Position numbers and translations under genes: made by a program. 23,244 nt of DNA from Candidatus Nezhaarchaeales archaeon (GTDB lineage: Archaea > Thermoproteota > Methanomethylicia > Nezhaarchaeales > WYZ-LMO8), in the NCBI GenBank assembly GCA_038887515.1, contig JAWAKK010000004.1:1-23244 (forward strand). Reading direction: 5' to 3'. Below are positions 22,733 through 23,244 of this stretch, piece by piece (the stretch's first letter is position 1; each line of letters begins with the position of its first letter). The notes beneath the pieces are model-generated. The model was not told where the DNA came from. It saw only the letters and a list, made by a program, of their open reading frames with translations, and did not search any database.

Positions 22733-23244
22733 GCGTGATATGTCGAACCCTTCTCCATAAAGTCCCTTATGCGCTTCATGTATAGTTCGTACTCTCCCTT
22801 CGGCATAGGCCTAACTTTCTTTAGCGCCTCTTCGAAGTGCCTCATCGATACCTTGAGCTCTCCAGCATGCTTCTTGGCTTCTTCGGGGTCTGGATACTTG
22901 TTTAAGAATTCGCGGAGAGCCATCATCGTCGCCGCGTTACATAGTGCGGCAATGTCAGCACCTGTATAGCCCTCAGTTAAACTTACGAGCTTCTGTACGT
23001 CGACATCGTCACTCAAAGGCTTACCTCTAAGGTGTATCCGGAATATCTCTTCTCTTGCCTTAGCATCGGGCGGCGGTACGTATATTAACCTATCGAACCT
23101 ACCCGGTCTCAGTAGAGCTGGATCGATTATATCAGGTCTATTTGTAGCAGCTATAACCACTACGCCCCTGAGCTCCTCAATTCCATCGATCTCACTCAAC
23201 AATTGGTTTACTACCCTGTCGGTTACATGCGAATCCATAATGCC
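22729..23244 (-). CDS. cdc48: Second Cdc48/VAT-family AAA+ ATPase, C-terminal part (5'-truncated by the window edge)
   Basis: Frame is open to the last base ([21 protein letters not shown]...). Contains [21 protein letters not shown] and [11 protein letters not shown]. Confidence 0.93.
   Translation of the reverse strand, partial: GIMDSHVTDRVVNQLLSEIDGIEELRGVVVIAATNRPDIIDPALLRPGRFDRLIYVPPPDAKAREEIFRIHLRGKPLSDDVDVQKLVSLTEGYTGADIAALCNAATMMALREFLNKYPDPEEAKKHAGELKVSMRHFEEALKKVRPMPKGEYELYMKRIRDFMEKGSTYHA

Overview
Gene-dense archaeal core-genome window, most likely Thermoproteota/TACK. This is inferred from the undivided Rpo2, split Rpo1'/Rpo1'', the absence of EF-2 between rps7 and EF-1alpha, a crenarchaeal-type RadA and an archaeal PpcA. 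Order: truncated cdc48 copy 1, small wHTH protein, fen, DUF371, pcm, trm5, tRNA-Lys(UUU), the rpoH-rpoB-rpoA1-rpoA2-rpl30e-nusA-rps12-rps7-tuf-rps10 superoperon, a standalone GcvH-like protein, a Zn-ribbon protein, radA, an OSTC/DC2-like membrane protein, carS, a RadB-like ATPase, a Clp1/Nol9 kinase, ACT-serB, ppcA, and truncated cdc48 copy 2 on the opposite strand. I saw no mobile element, CRISPR array or intein. Most notable observations: (1) the window is bounded by two inverted cdc48 paralogs cut at essentially the same codon, which hints at a collapsed repeat or an invertible 23-kb segment that would swap Cdc48 C-termini; (2) a eukaryotic-like OSTC/DC2 oligosaccharyltransferase subunit; (3) probable non-AUG (ATC, CTG) initiation, including for rpoB; (4) a RadB-like paralog close to radA. 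All calls come from motif recognition by eye; no searches were run.
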